Positions 34,567 through 47,086 of a stretch of DNA of 64,000 bases are shown one piece after another. Source of the DNA: Podarcis cretensis (lineage: Eukaryota); assembly GCA_951804945.1 (NCBI GenBank), contig OX638159.1:36146001-36210000 (forward strand). The letters run 5' to 3'. A program made the position numbers and the translations under genes. Numbering within the stretch: position 1 is the first letter of the stretch; every line of letters starts with the position of its first letter. The notes beneath the pieces were generated by a model, which saw only the letters and a program-made list of their open reading frames with translations, was not told the DNA's origin and did not search any database.

Positions 34567-35481
34567 CACACCCTCCCAGTGTCCCAATTTTTCAGGGATG
34601 CTCCCAGAATTATGAAAGTCATCCCAGCTTCTGATTTGATCCTGGAATGTCCCTATTTCCCCCTCCAGTGCCGCTACTGCCAAGCTCGGGGAGGAGGGTG
34701 AGCTGGCGCTTGTCCCAAACAATGGCAGTGGTGGCTATGAGGCAGAACCTCATTGCATCTCCATGGCTGCCGCCACTGCCGGCCTCCTCCCTTGGCAGTT
34801 CTTGGTGGCTGCTGGAGAGCGGGCAAGGAGGAGAGGCTGACAAGGCCCAGCCCTGAGTGATGTGCCGGCTCTGAGAGGGCAGGGCCGCCCTGGTGGGAAG
34901 AAAGGGGGAGCAGAGCACAGAGTCTTGTTTTTTGTTTTTTAAAAAATTGCTATGTGTGTCCACGTCTTGCCCTTTCCAAAATTTATTTATTGGTGAAGAA
35001 GAAGAGTTTGGATTTGATCTCCTGCTTTATCACTACCCTAAGGAGTCAGTTAACAATCTCCTTTTCCCTCCTCCCCCACAACAAACACTCTGTGAGGTGA
35101 GTGGGGCTGAGACACTTCAGAGAAGTGTGACTAGCCCAAGGTCACCCAGCAGCTTCTGTGGAGGAGCAGAGACGCGAACCCGGTTCACCAGATTACGAGT
35201 CTACCGCTCTTAACCACTACACTGGCTCTCACTGGTGTATGTTTTTATTTTTGTGAATCTACCAAAGAATAAACTAAAATTGGGATTAAGGAATTTTCTC
35301 ATGATGGTGTAGGGTGTGTGTGCTGTGTTCCATTGGTGAATTGGTGGTGTCACTCACCTTTCTTCTGATACGAAATGCTCTGTGGGTGGGGGACAAAAAA
35401 AAAATGTGGAGTTGAGTAAGGTCAGTTGGTGGGCAAGTCAGAAATGTTCCTCTTTTCATCTGAGAAATGTTGGAGGGTATT
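34567..35481. mobile_element. long CATACCCTCCAA-terminus element interrupted by a Squam3 SINE
   Basis: TIR ACCCTCC..TTGGAGGGTAT; colinear with 39954-40884. Confidence 0.8.
34996..35230 (-). mobile_element. Squam3-type SINE
   Basis: Minus-strand head GAGAGCCAGTGTAGTGGTTAAGAGCGGTAGACTCGTAATCTGGTGAACCGGGTTCG; (CTT)n tail; TSD ATTGGTG/ACTGGTG. Confidence 0.85.
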
Positions 35482-36076
35482 TACGTGTAACATATACTTG
35501 ACCCTGAATGCACATGACTCAGGCTATGTAGAAGCTGGGGTGTAGACAGAACCAACTAAAAACATGTTTTCCTTCCTTCAGAAGATATAGTTTGCTGATT
35601 GCGACATTTTAAGCATTTCTTCGGGGCTTTGTGAAATAGCCGGAATTTTTCAAAAGCCTCCTCAGATCCTGTCTTTCCTATTGTTTGCCCACATAGTTGG
35701 CTATTACGGCACTTATTTCACTGCCAACAAGAGATTCCCAGGCCATTGCATCGTGAGGTGGGGTGTTTGTGTGGAAGCATTCTGAAGGAGGCGATGATAA
35801 ATCTTCACAGCTTTGCGAATTCCACTCTGGCAACAATGGACTGTCTGCAAACAAAACAATGTCTTCCTAAGGCTGGATTGCTGTGCCAGGGTCCTGGATT
35901 CTATAAAAAAGAGGGTTGAAATCTAATGATGGATTCTGTTGCTGAATTAGCCAGGCAAGGGTTGTCACTGCCGCCTAAGGAAGGTCATTAGTATAACAAA
36001 GGAGGTTGTTCTGTGCCAGAAGACACAGGGTTGGCCCCCTTCCTCACCTGCTAGTGAGAAGGACAATAGTCAGATG

Positions 36077-36109
36077 TGAGTGAGTGAGTGAGTGAGTGAG
36101 TGAGTGAGT
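36077..36109. repeat. (GAGT)n microsatellite
   Basis: Seen directly. Confidence 0.9.
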
Positions 36110-36228
36110 ACTGGGCTGGAAGCAGGCAGAAGCTTGAGAGGGAAAGCCATGCTTGATTTCTGCTGGAATCCAGGGCTGTGACTATATGTTGGAAGCTGCC
36201 CCAGCCACTCAGAACAGCTTCCAACATA

Positions 36229-36470
36229 CAGGCACACCTTGGTTTTCAAACAGCTTAGTTCTCGGATGTTTTGGCTTCCGAATGCCTCAAACCCAGAATT
36301 CCAGTTTGTGAACTATTTTTGGAACCCAAACGTCAACGAGGCTTCCACGGCTTCCAATTGGCTGCAGGAACTTCCTGCAGCCAATCCAAAGCCACGCTTT
36401 GGTTTCTGAATGTTTTGGAAGTCAAACAGACGTCTGGAATGGATTCCGTTCGACTTCCAAGGTACAACTG
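36229..36470. mobile_element. Tc1/mariner (Tigger-like) MITE, family C; partial relative at ~12500-12571
   Basis: TA-CAGGCACACCTTGG..CCAAGGTACAACTG-TA. Confidence 0.8.
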
Positions 36471-36560
36471 TATATAAAAACATAATAAAACAATAAACTT
36501 TTTAAAAAAGCCACTTCCCTATGCAAGGTTGCCTTCAGATGGCTAGGAGTCGGATAACTC

Positions 36561-36695
36561 CATACCCTCCAACATTTCTCGAATGAAAATAGGGATGTCC
36601 TAAGGAAAAGTGGGACATTCCAGGATCAAATCAGAAACTGTGACTTCTGTAAATCCAGTACTGTTCCTGGAAAACAGGGACACTTGGAGGGTATT
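36561..36695. mobile_element. short CATACCCTCCAA-terminus MITE
   Basis: TIR ATACCCTCCAA / TTGGAGGGTAT; internal GGGAC repeats. Confidence 0.85.
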
Positions 36696-38356
36696 ACTGA
36701 GACCTACTGTCTCCAAGAGTGAAGGTAGAATGAAGCTAGTGGCTAGTGGCAGGAGCTGATGTTTCATTCTATGCTCTGGCTTCTGCTTCTTGCAGGATTT
36801 GCACACACTGCATGGCTGGTGTTTTTCTTCAACAAGCCAGCCTGTGCTTCTTCACTTGTTACGACAGCAGCTTTTCCTGGAAGCCCTAGAGTGAGCATCG
36901 GCAAGCAAAACACAACTGCCTGAAAGCGACTCGCACTTTGCCAGATCGGCTGCCCAAACCCAAATCAGAATCATAAGCTTCCAATGTGGAATTGTTATCT
37001 CACACACAGTGTGTTCTTTGGCAGGGATGACACAGCTGGACAGAGTTGCAGCATTCTGCCAATGAAAACAGAGAAAAGCAAGAAAAATCCTAAAACTACA
37101 CATAGCGGCAAAAGGGAACGGAAAGCCACACTATGAGTACTGCCGTTGTGATCTATGACTGAACTTTTGCAGTTCATTTGCTTGCTGAACAGACCTGTGT
37201 AAAAAGGAATTCAGAGACCTGGCGTGTCATGGGAAGAGCGCTGGATTTAGCTACTCTGTTCCGCTAGCAGAATCCATTCTTGAGGATCAAGAAAACCCCC
37301 AGAACAGCATACAGGGAGAAGAGAGCGGAAATGATTCTGCCAGACAAGCAGAAAGGCCTGCATTGAAGGAACAATATCCTTAGAGCTATGTTGACTTCAA
37401 CATGGAGTGACAAACCAGGACTAGAGAAATCCAGGTTCAACTCCCCACTCAGCCATGTAGCTCACTGAGCATCGTTAAGCCACTCCCAAAGCCTTAGCCT
37501 AACCTACCTTACAGGACTGTTGTGATAAAATGGAGAAGAGGCCCATGGGTGCTGCTTTAAGCTTTTGAGAGGAAGAGTGAGATATACACATACTAAATAA
37601 AGGTACCTTAGGGTACAGCTCCCTATTGCAAATGCTTTTAGAGGTGCAGCCTTGGCCATGGTGTATGAGCCTATCCTTGCCTCCATTGTAGCCTGCAAAA
37701 AGTCACCTGCTGCATTCGATTTCCTTTAGAATAGGCTTCCAGAAGAGGAAACCTAAACAAAGATACATATCCTCAGTCGCAGTCCAACCAGTACAAAGCA
37801 AGATTCAATTTTGCAATGTGTTTTAGAGTTTCTAATAACTTTAAAAGCTCAAGCTGTAGTCAAGTAAGCAACACTGACTTGAATGGGACTTGCCTTTGAA
37901 TCAAAGTGCACAGAAATAGACTGAGCAGATCACTTTGTGTGTGGCATTAGCAGGCACACACAAGTACCTAGCTATGTGCATTGAAATGCCCTGTGTCACC
38001 CTATCTATAACATGCACCCCTTTTATCCTCACAACCACCCTGTGAGGTAGGTCAGACTAAGAGATAGTGACTGGCCAAAGGTTGCACATTGAGCTTCATG
38101 CCTGAGTGGGGCCTCGAACCCTAGTCCCCCAGGTCCTAGTCCAGCACTGCAACCACTGCACCACGCAGTATCTATGAGTGTTGTGATGTGTGTGGCAGCC
38201 CTTTTCTTTACTCTGGTCCTTCTTCATTTCTTTCTGCATATACAAGAAAAGGGGCAGTGAATTCCCAGGAATGCGTCTCCATGTGTGGCCTTACCCTACA
38301 ATTCTAGGATGCATACTGTATGAAAGCTTCAATAAGTCTTAAAAGTAGTGGAATAT

Positions 38357-38516
38357 NNNNNNNNNNNNNNNNNNNNNNNNNNNNNNNNNNNNNNNNNNNN
38401 NNNNNNNNNNNNNNNNNNNNNNNNNNNNNNNNNNNNNNNNNNNNNNNNNNNNNNNNNNNNNNNNNNNNNNNNNNNNNNNNNNNNNNNNNNNNNNNNNNNN
38501 NNNNNNNNNNNNNNNN
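38357..38516. other. assembly gap (160 N)
   Basis: Run of N. Confidence 1.
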
Positions 38517-39607
38517 AACTAGAATTGTTGTTATAACCGACCCTGGTTGGGTTTTTTTAATGATACAGATAGCTTAACACAAAGCTGATGGCATAGCTAT
38601 CAAATCCAGGAATTACCCAGGAACCCATGTGTCATGATGGAAATGGACAAGCATGTAGAAAAAGTATTATAAATGAGTGATATGGTTGTTCCTGATGATC
38701 TTGGTGGGAGACAGATGCACTTTTTTTGTCCTGGAAGGCTCACTATAATGAAATATAGCTGGAAGGACATATCTTTGGAAAAATATTTTAAAGGCAAACA
38801 TATAAGAAAAACATTAAAGGCAAACATATAAAAAAAAACTCAGCTCCCCTAATTACACTTGAAATACCTATTTAAATGTGATATAGACACCAGGTACAGG
38901 CTGACATGGGAAGGTGTTCCAGCCCAGTACAATGCCGCTGTTTTGTTATTTTGCAAAAGTTCAGATGTTCTGTACAAATATGCTGATTATATAATAGCAG
39001 CCTGAGAACAGGACCAATATTTAATTCAGGGAGAACGGCTGCAGAGGAATTGCTTGGAGATTTGCCAGAAGGTCTTAACAGCTGGAAGTTGAAAAGTGAT
39101 TAAAGCTGACAGCAATAAACGCTTCATGTTCATAAGTAATTAGGTTTAGATTTCTGTACGAATTAACATTTTATTATCCAAATTCAGAGCACTTTAATAG
39201 GAACCTTCGCTGTCTGAATTTTCTTTCTCTCCACTCCCTCCATTTGCTAGAAGTCTCATTGTTGTTTTTAGTCTGAAATAGGACAGGGCCTTGGGCGAGG
39301 TGCTCAAAATCCTGTGTACAGTGACAAACAACAAGGTTTTAGCACATTCAGGGCCAGCTCAAGACATTTTACTTGCTGAGACTAAGGACAAGATGGTTCC
39401 TTCGCCAAAGGCTGACTAGACTGGTGATGGGAGAAAGTCCTGCACTCCCCTTGAGAGCAGCAAACTAGGTTACAGGGGGCAGGGGAGGTTGCATGGCAGA
39501 AAGTTGGGTCTCTCTACCCTTCACCATTTGCCACCATAATTCTGCTTCATGAAAGGGCCCAAGCACAGGGCAATTAAAAGTCAGAAGTATTTTGGTATAC
39601 TTACAAC

Positions 39608-39934
39608 CAGTGCTTTTTTCGGGGGGGACGCAGGGGTACACATACACCTAAACATTTTGTGAATCTAATGGGAGAAGAAACAAAAAATTTTTAAAAAAAT
39701 TGTTTCTTCTCTAACACGGTAAATCGTCAGTTCCGTTGCCACCCCGATGGCGGCCTCATTTCCTGTCACGGTGTTTCCTGAGTCTCAGATGGAAGCGGGC
39801 GTTTAATGTGTGAAGCAGTGTGGAATGTGGATGTGTGATATTTTACCGATGAAAGTTTGGCCTCATTGAGTGGCAGTATTTCTTAAGTCAAAAGGAGAGT
39901 AGCCCTAAATATTTTTTTTAGAAAAAAAGCACTG
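39608..39934. mobile_element. hAT MITE
   Basis: TIR CAGTGCTTTTTT / AAAAAAGCACTG; TSD CTTACAAC/CATACAAC. Confidence 0.88.
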
Positions 39935-39953
39935 CATACAACGCTCTGAGATG

Positions 39954-40884
39954 CATACCCTTCCAAGTGTCCCGATTTTCCAGGAACTGTCCCAGAATTA
40001 TGAATGCCATCCTGGTTTCTTATTTGTCCCTGTTTCCCCTGCCAGTGCCGAGCTCAGGGAGGAGGAGGAATTAGCACATGTCCTCAGCAGCAGAAACAGT
40101 GATGGCAGTGAGGGAGCGTTCCATTGCTTCTCCATGGCCTCCCTATGGCCGCCACCAGCATCTTCCCTTGGGCAGATTCCAGCAGCTGCTGGAGAGCAGA
40201 CGAGGAGGAGGGGAGGTTGCCACTGCCAAGGCCCAGCCCTGTGTGATGCGCTCAGTGGCTCTAAGGGGCAGGTAGAGGGCAGGGCTGCCCTGGGCAGGAA
40301 GAAAGGAGGAGCGAGCAGAGGGCAAGACATCTTGATTTTTTGAAAAAATGCATCCATATCTAATTATGCACCTTTCTAAAAAGAAAAAAAAGTACAGTGG
40401 ACGCTCGGGTTGCGAACATGATCCGTGCAGGATGCACATTGGTAACCTGCAGCGTTCACAACCTGCAGCGGCGCATCTGCACACACGCAGGTTGCGATTC
40501 GGCGCTTCTGTGCATGCGCAAAGCACAATTTAGCGCTTCTGTGCATGCACGACCACCCAAACCCAGAAGTAACTGTTCTGGTACTTCCAGGTTTCAGCGG
40601 GTCCCTAACCCCCCAAAAAATGCAATCTGAAGTGTCTGTAACCCGAGGTATGACTGTATTGGTGTGTGTTTTTCTTTTTGCAAATTCACCAAAGAATAAA
40701 ATCAAATCAAATCAGGATTAAGCGGTTTTCTCAGGACGGTGGAGGGTATGTGTGCTGTGTCCCATTGGTGTAGTGCTGCTGGTGCTCTGCGGGGGCGTGG
40801 GGCGAGCTGACCAAAAATGGGGGTCAAGGAGGGTCAGATGGGGGCAGTGAGAAATGTCCCATCTGACAAATGTTGGAGGGTATG
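39954..40884. mobile_element. long CATACCCTCCAA-terminus element interrupted by a Tigger-like MITE
   Basis: CATACCCTTCCAAG..TTGGAGGGTATG; colinear with the 34567 copy. Confidence 0.8.
40395..40656. mobile_element. Tc1/mariner (Tigger-like) MITE, family B
   Basis: TA-CAGTGGACGCTCGG..CCGAGGTATGACTG-TA; inverted relative to the 12713 and 23401 copies. Confidence 0.85.
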
Positions 40885-41544
40885 TTGCCATGATAGACCA
40901 GGAGGTGTGCTTTTTTCGCCCAGTCTATCCCAAAATTGGCACCAAGCCCACAAACTACTCCAGCCTCCAATCCCTCTAGTGTTCTTACAGTCCCGTAAAT
41001 CAAGGCTCTTTCTCTGCTGAGTCATTAAGTATCACAATATGATCCTGCCCATAGAAGCGCCTGGGTTTGTATAAACTGGTGGAGGTTACATACAGGTAAG
41101 CAGTTCCAGGACTGGATAATCAGCCAACAACAAAGAAAGCTGGAAGAAATTACCGAGGAGGTGCTGATTAAAAGCTCTGTTTTGTGTGTGTGTGTCTGGC
41201 TTCAGAAGTGGGATTAGTATTGCATTCCCGAGTTCGCAATCAATTAACTCCTTGCAAATCTGCAGAGTGTTTTCTGTGCCGTGCATTAATAATATATACG
41301 AAGCAACCCCAGTCAGCAAAGATAACATTTGCATTTCAATAGGAGTTCAAAATGTGATTCTGGAACAAGCAGCAGCCTGCGAGTGCAGAGGACTCCAAAT
41401 GCCTGGGGTTATGACAGAAGACATTAAAAAGTTCCCTAATACACAGGATAATGAAATATAACTGCTGGGCACAGACAAACTTTCTTAAAACACACAAATA
41501 AATGAGTCAGGGCCAGCATCAGCAGTCAGCATCCTTGGGTGTCT

Positions 41545-41646
41545 CATAGAGTCGGAAGGGACCATGAGGGTCATGTAAGTTAACCCACCCTCTGCAGGAA
41601 TCTTTTTGTCTAACATGGGGCTCAAACCTACAACCCTGAGATTAAT
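41545..41646 (-). mobile_element. tRNA-Lys-derived SINE fragment
   Basis: aacatggggctcaaacctacaaccctgagattaa is the reverse of the tRNA-Lys 3' half; CR1-like tail. Confidence 0.7.
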
Positions 41647-42554
41647 ACTTTTAATACTAGCTTGCAGACTTTCTTAAAGGATGTTTTTCTTGTCTTCTTT
41701 TTATGTTGACACTTTGCTCCGTGAACAGCAGTCAAATCAAGGAAACTGCCCATGCAGCTATTTCCAATATTGGAAACGTATGCATTCATTAGCAGTTTTA
41801 TGAAGAGATTTTTCTTTTTCTGCCCTTCTGCTTTCCAGACCAATATTTTGCTGCGTTGGGTTTCAGCTTTGTTTTTCACAGTTTGGAATCGTAATCTTTG
41901 TGCATTTCTCATACATACTGGAATGCAGGGTTTTCCCCCCATCTTAGCTATACACTGAAACTGAGCAATTGCACCTGTGCACTCGTAAAATCTATGCAAT
42001 GTGCCAAAAATAGCATACAGAGGTGGGAAGGGATCTTGAGTCAGAATTAGGTGGTCTGCAGGATTGTGAGGTGTCCTGGTGTAGATTCTACTAAAAGAAA
42101 TGAATGACACAAGAGTCCAGGCAGCCTAATGCAGAGTAGATGAATACAGCTGATTTATGCATTTGTTTCTCTTCGATCTGCCTTTAAACTCTATCACGCC
42201 TTTGCATGTGGATCATTCACTCAGCCCATGTTCACTGCATGTGGCAGGCAATATAAAACAAAGAACATTTGCAGGATAGAGGCATATTCCATAGGACTGA
42301 CTTTGCTTCTTAGATAGTTTCCCCAAATGGAGTATTGTACTTTTCCATTGGAAGCCATTAATAGCCAGTATAAACCAGGCTCAACATCAGCAATTGTTTG
42401 TTTATATACCACATAATGTCAAAATAGCTTCACAGCTATTATCATGTATATAAACCAGCTACACAAGAATTTAAATTTAAACATCCGTCATTAAAATGCC
42501 AATAAAACCATCCCATTAAAACAAAACAGTATTTTTTTCAGTTCATATAAACTT

Positions 42555-43640
42555 CCTTTTTAAAAATTTTATTTATACTTTTCATTTTACAACAAACGCA
42601 AAACATAAATTTGAATTATTCCACATCATATTTAGACTCCCCCACCTCCTTTCTGCATTTCTTACATTTATACTTTTTTAAAACTGCATTTCCAAGTTAA
42701 CCCTATTTATTGTTGATCCCAAATAGTCAATATATGTTTTCTGTTACTGCACATTTTTACTTTAATCCTTCTAATGTCTTAGTTTGTTTACAATAGTTTT
42801 GTAAATATTCAGTTTTCAATACTACATTCAGGTTTCCATTCTACATTAAAAAAAAATATTGTCTTGATTTCTTATTCTTCCAGTAAGTTTAGCCATTTCT
42901 GCGTATTCTAGTAACTTCTGTTGCCATTCTTCTTTAGTTTTTAGTGGTAGTGGTCGCATACATAAATAATTTTTTATATTGTCTAGGTAGCTCTAGTTCC
43001 ATAATTCCCAAAAGCAAAGCCTCTGGTTTCTTAATAAATGTTAACTTAAACCTTTTTTCAATTCATTATATATCATTTCCCAGTAAGCTTTTACCTTATT
43101 ACAAGTCCACCATGTATGGAAAAAGGTACCTTCTTTATCTTTACATTTCTAGTAGGTATTTCATTCATATTTATACATTTTTGCTAATCTAGGTAAAGGT
43201 AAAGGGACCCCTGACCATTAGGTCCAGTCGTGGCCGATTCTGGGGTTGCAGTGCTTATCTCGATTTACTGGCTGAGGGAGCCGGCGTACAGCTTCCGGGT
43301 CATGTGGCCAGCATGACTAAGCCGCTTCTGGCGAACCAGAGCAGCGCACGGAAACGCCGTTTACCTTCCCACTGGAGCGGTACCTATTTATCTACTTGCA
43401 CTTTGACGTGCTTTCGAACTGCTAGGTTGGCAGGAGCATGGACCGAGCAACGGGAGCTCACTCCATCGTGGAGATTTGAACTGCTGACCTTCTGATCAGC
43501 AAGTCCTAGGCTCTGTGGTTTAACCCACAGTGCCACCCACGTCCCTTTTGCTAATCTATTGGGTGTCAAATACCATCTATGCATCATTTTCCTATAGTTT
43601 TCCCTCAAACCATAACTTGCTGTATACTATAGATCTGTTG
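42555..43640 (-). mobile_element. decayed L1 3' fragment interrupted by a Sauria SINE
   Basis: Minus-strand peptides RENYRKMMHRWYLTP and KEEWQQKLLEYAEMAKLTG align to the C-terminus of the 865-aa L1 ORF. Confidence 0.85.
43192..43545 (-). mobile_element. Sauria SINE subtype A
   Basis: TSD TTTTGCTAATCTA (43179-43191, 43546-43558). Confidence 0.95.
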
Positions 43641-44105
43641 ACATTTCAATATTATGACCAATATCCATTGTCCAATGTAATATTGAGGAATTCACAGCAT
43701 ATTAAAACAGGATAGTCAGGTCAAGATATCAAGGGAATGCCTGTAAAAATGAAGGAGACATCCAGGTATAATGCCAAACCATTGCATTCAGGTACCAAAA
43801 TTGAAATGGAAGCTTCCGGTGTCAATGTCATCCTTGTGGCAGGGGGATGGATTTCACGATCCTAAAGCTTGCCCAGGCTCATTCAGGTAATGCTGAGCCA
43901 TTGCTTAGCAGTCATTACATTACTTACATTCAAACAAGGCCTATGTGTCACAAATGCACAGTAATTGTTATCTTCACCTGTGAAATATTGAAAGGCATGC
44001 TTGAAAGAAAACCAGAAAGCAGACACAGCAAGACAGAAACAGTGGGTGTGGGCTGGTAAACTGGGCTAGTAAAATGTGTCGAGCCATTTATTCCTTAATC
44101 TTACC

Positions 44106-44241
44106 CACTGCTATTTTTCTAGAAAAAGAGGTATCGGAACTCTCCACAAATGCCTCCATTGTTCTCTTATAATGGCAATGGCGCCCACTTGAGAGGTGCT
44201 GGAACTGACTTCTGGTGAGTTCCAGCTGAAAAAAAGCCCTG
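44106..44241. mobile_element. hAT MITE
   Basis: Imperfect TIR CACTGCTATTTT / AAAAAAGCCCTG; perfect TSD ATCTTACC. Confidence 0.85.
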
Positions 44242-44440
44242 ATCTTACCTATCCATTTTGCCACAGCTAAGATGAGGGAAAGATTCTTAAACGTAAACCT
44301 ACCATGTGCACAGTTAAAGCTGTTGTGTCTAAACCTACCAGGTGCACTTTCCCCTTAAATATCAGCATTGATAGCATAAACCCAGAAAACCCTGTATGCT
44401 GTTAAATCTTCCAATGAAAGCAGAGAATCCAGATTGTAAT

Positions 44441-44481
44441 CTTAGTTCCTGAGGACCACACTTAGTTCCTGAGGACCACAC
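44441..44481. repeat. perfect 20-bp tandem duplication
   Basis: CTTAGTTCCTGAGGACCACA x2. Confidence 0.95.
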
Positions 44482-47048
44482 TGCAATAAAAATGAAAAGC
44501 AAACACGATGAATAATGCATGCAATCAAACAGGTGGATTTAGAAAAGCAGAAAGCCCCACACAGGCATGACCCGTGGCTATGCAAGACCCAGGAAAAGCA
44601 GCGGGGCAACATGGATAGTTTTGTTCTCTGCGGTGCTGCCGTGCCTCTTGCACCTGGATCTAGCTAATAAAATGGAAGGAAGTATAATTATCATCACCTA
44701 TAAACAGCCTGATATGTGCAGTTGCTTGAGAATTATTTGGGCTACGGAGGCTGCTGAATTGTGTACAAGGCCACCCTGAAATACGGCAGCGTTAAGGGTG
44801 ATTATCCTTGAAGAACTGGAAATACACTGGGCGAACTGTGCTAAACTGTCTTCTTAGAAGCCCCAAGCTCAAAAAAAGCAGCCATTTGTTTTCACAAATG
44901 CCAATTAACAGGGCAGAGCATTTGGTCTCAGAGAAAGCTTGGAGCATGGCTATAGATCACGTTTATATATAACTGAAAGGCTGGCACTGGAAACAGCATT
45001 GGGGCAGAATGGAACCCTGCAGGAACCGCAGGGCTGAGTAGAAATTGAGTCCTGCTCAGGTGCTAGCTTGGGAAGTTATAGAAGTCTGCTCCAGTGATCT
45101 TCCTTTCTTCTCTCTGTAGCAGATGTTGTTAACCTCTCTGCTCTGATGATCTTCCTTTTCCTCCTTGCTTCAGTGTTGTCTGAATTCCAGACAATATCTT
45201 ATTATTAATCTGAGATATGCACGAGTCTTTTGCTCGGGCATCCAACCCCTTTGTCCTCCCTTTGCATGAGATACAATTAAACAAGGATGTCTCTAGTTGG
45301 GAAACTACACTTAACAGCTTCAGAACATGTCAGGATATGAAAGTGTGGTGGAATCTTCTGGCTTGTTCCAAAGCTGGTAACCTATGGGCTTGTCCACAAT
45401 GGACCAAAACGTGGACCCCATCCCAGTGTTTTCCTAGACCTTTTATCCTTTAAATGGGCTTTTTTGATTTCCCAAGGATTTAAAAACCCTGCAGTTAAAG
45501 GCAGAAAAATCTGGTTTAACACTGGGCTGGGTATCATGTGATGCTCTTACATTAATGGGGAGGCAGGCTGGACAAGCCTTAGTTTGCTGGTTCAGATGCA
45601 ATGCGGGACTATGGCTAATTAGAGATCTGGTTTGATAGCTGCACACCAGAGAGAGAGGAGCAAAGGGGCAAAAGGCTCGCACATATCAAGTCTTTTGAAG
45701 CTATGATTACTCAGACATGGCCACTACTTGTCAGAAACCGTTGGAGAAACCGTTGACCTGGTTTGATGCAGCTTCCTACGTAAAGCAACGAACAGGCCCA
45801 AGATCCCAGCACCCGGCAGTTCTTCCTGTCACATTTCAATAACTGCCATTGGGCTAAGTGCTGGGGACACAGACTCTTAGCCCATTGATTTGTGATGACG
45901 TCTGCAGAGCCGAGGCAATATATTATGCAATGCTGTCCACTTGGATAAAACAACACTCACTCACCATCTGCTTGCAAGTCCCATTTCATAGAACGGTAGC
46001 CTCCTTAACTCCTCCGTGGCTGTTTTGTCTTCCTTTGCTGGCAATGCCTCCTCAAGGGCAGGAGGGGAGGTTATGGGAATATGTGAGAGGGGACTGAGAA
46101 TGGACCACGAGGCTAACCATGCACCCATCTAGAAAGGTGCCTGAAAGATGGGGTTTTTACTGGGTCCTATCTTTGTACTCAGAAGCATCAACGTCACCCA
46201 GTCCACTCCTGCCCAACTTGTTCCTAATAGGAAGGGACTGCTGCTGCATTACAAAGCAGCATGACAGCTATTGCTTCTGTCACTTTCATTCATCCATAGG
46301 TTCCATTGCGTGGGCTTATTATATGCATGCCTGTAAACTCAGCTTGTTTTAAAATGGCACTAAAACACTACGAATGTTTTTAAGAAAACCAGACAAAGAA
46401 CTTCAGGAAAACTGTGTGTGTGTGTGTAGTATGAAGTTAAAGGTTCTTACTGTTTAATGGTGTGGCACCTCCTTTTGGTACTTTATAGACTCAACCAGGT
46501 TCAAAATAGCTTCATGCCTTCTTGCATACAGTGGGTGCTGAATGCATTTATCCACCCGCAGCCAGAGTCTAATCAGTAGGAGATATAAAAATTCATTCAT
46601 GGTCTTGACAGTTTCTCCATTCTTATCACTTCTTTCTATTATCGGCTTCCTTCATCACATGAGACAATGAAGGCACAGAATTTATTCATAGTCTAGTTGA
46701 ATAAAATTGATTAAAGAAATGATTTCCTACTCATTGCAGCCTAGTTCCTGTAGCTCTTGGAAGAAAATTGAAGAGTCCAAACTGAAAACTGCCATACCTC
46801 TGCAGCTGTGCATATTGGTGTGTTCTGCCCCCCCTTTCCAATTCCGTTTCTCACCATATTGGGGTTTAGATGCATTAATTCCTGCCATCCTGGGTGGCTA
46901 ATAAAATGCTTTCTTTATTGCTGGGTTAAAATTCAGCTGCACATTTATTTATTTCCTCCAAAGGAAGGAAGCCACACAAAGATGTAATATGGTGTAGGTG
47001 TACCCATTCACTCCTGGATCCTACCCCCATCCCAGATGTTAAAAGTTG

Positions 47049-47086
47049 CATACATACATACATACATACATACATACATACATACA
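47049..47086. repeat. (CATA)n microsatellite, probably the tail of a reversed LINE remnant
   Basis: Seen directly. Confidence 0.9.

Noticed and set aside
38320-38577. ORFs with X runs
   Set aside because: Artefact of the N gap.
41628-42110. 160-aa minus-strand ORF
   Set aside because: No recognisable motif; ends in a SINE; length within chance expectation for 64 kb.
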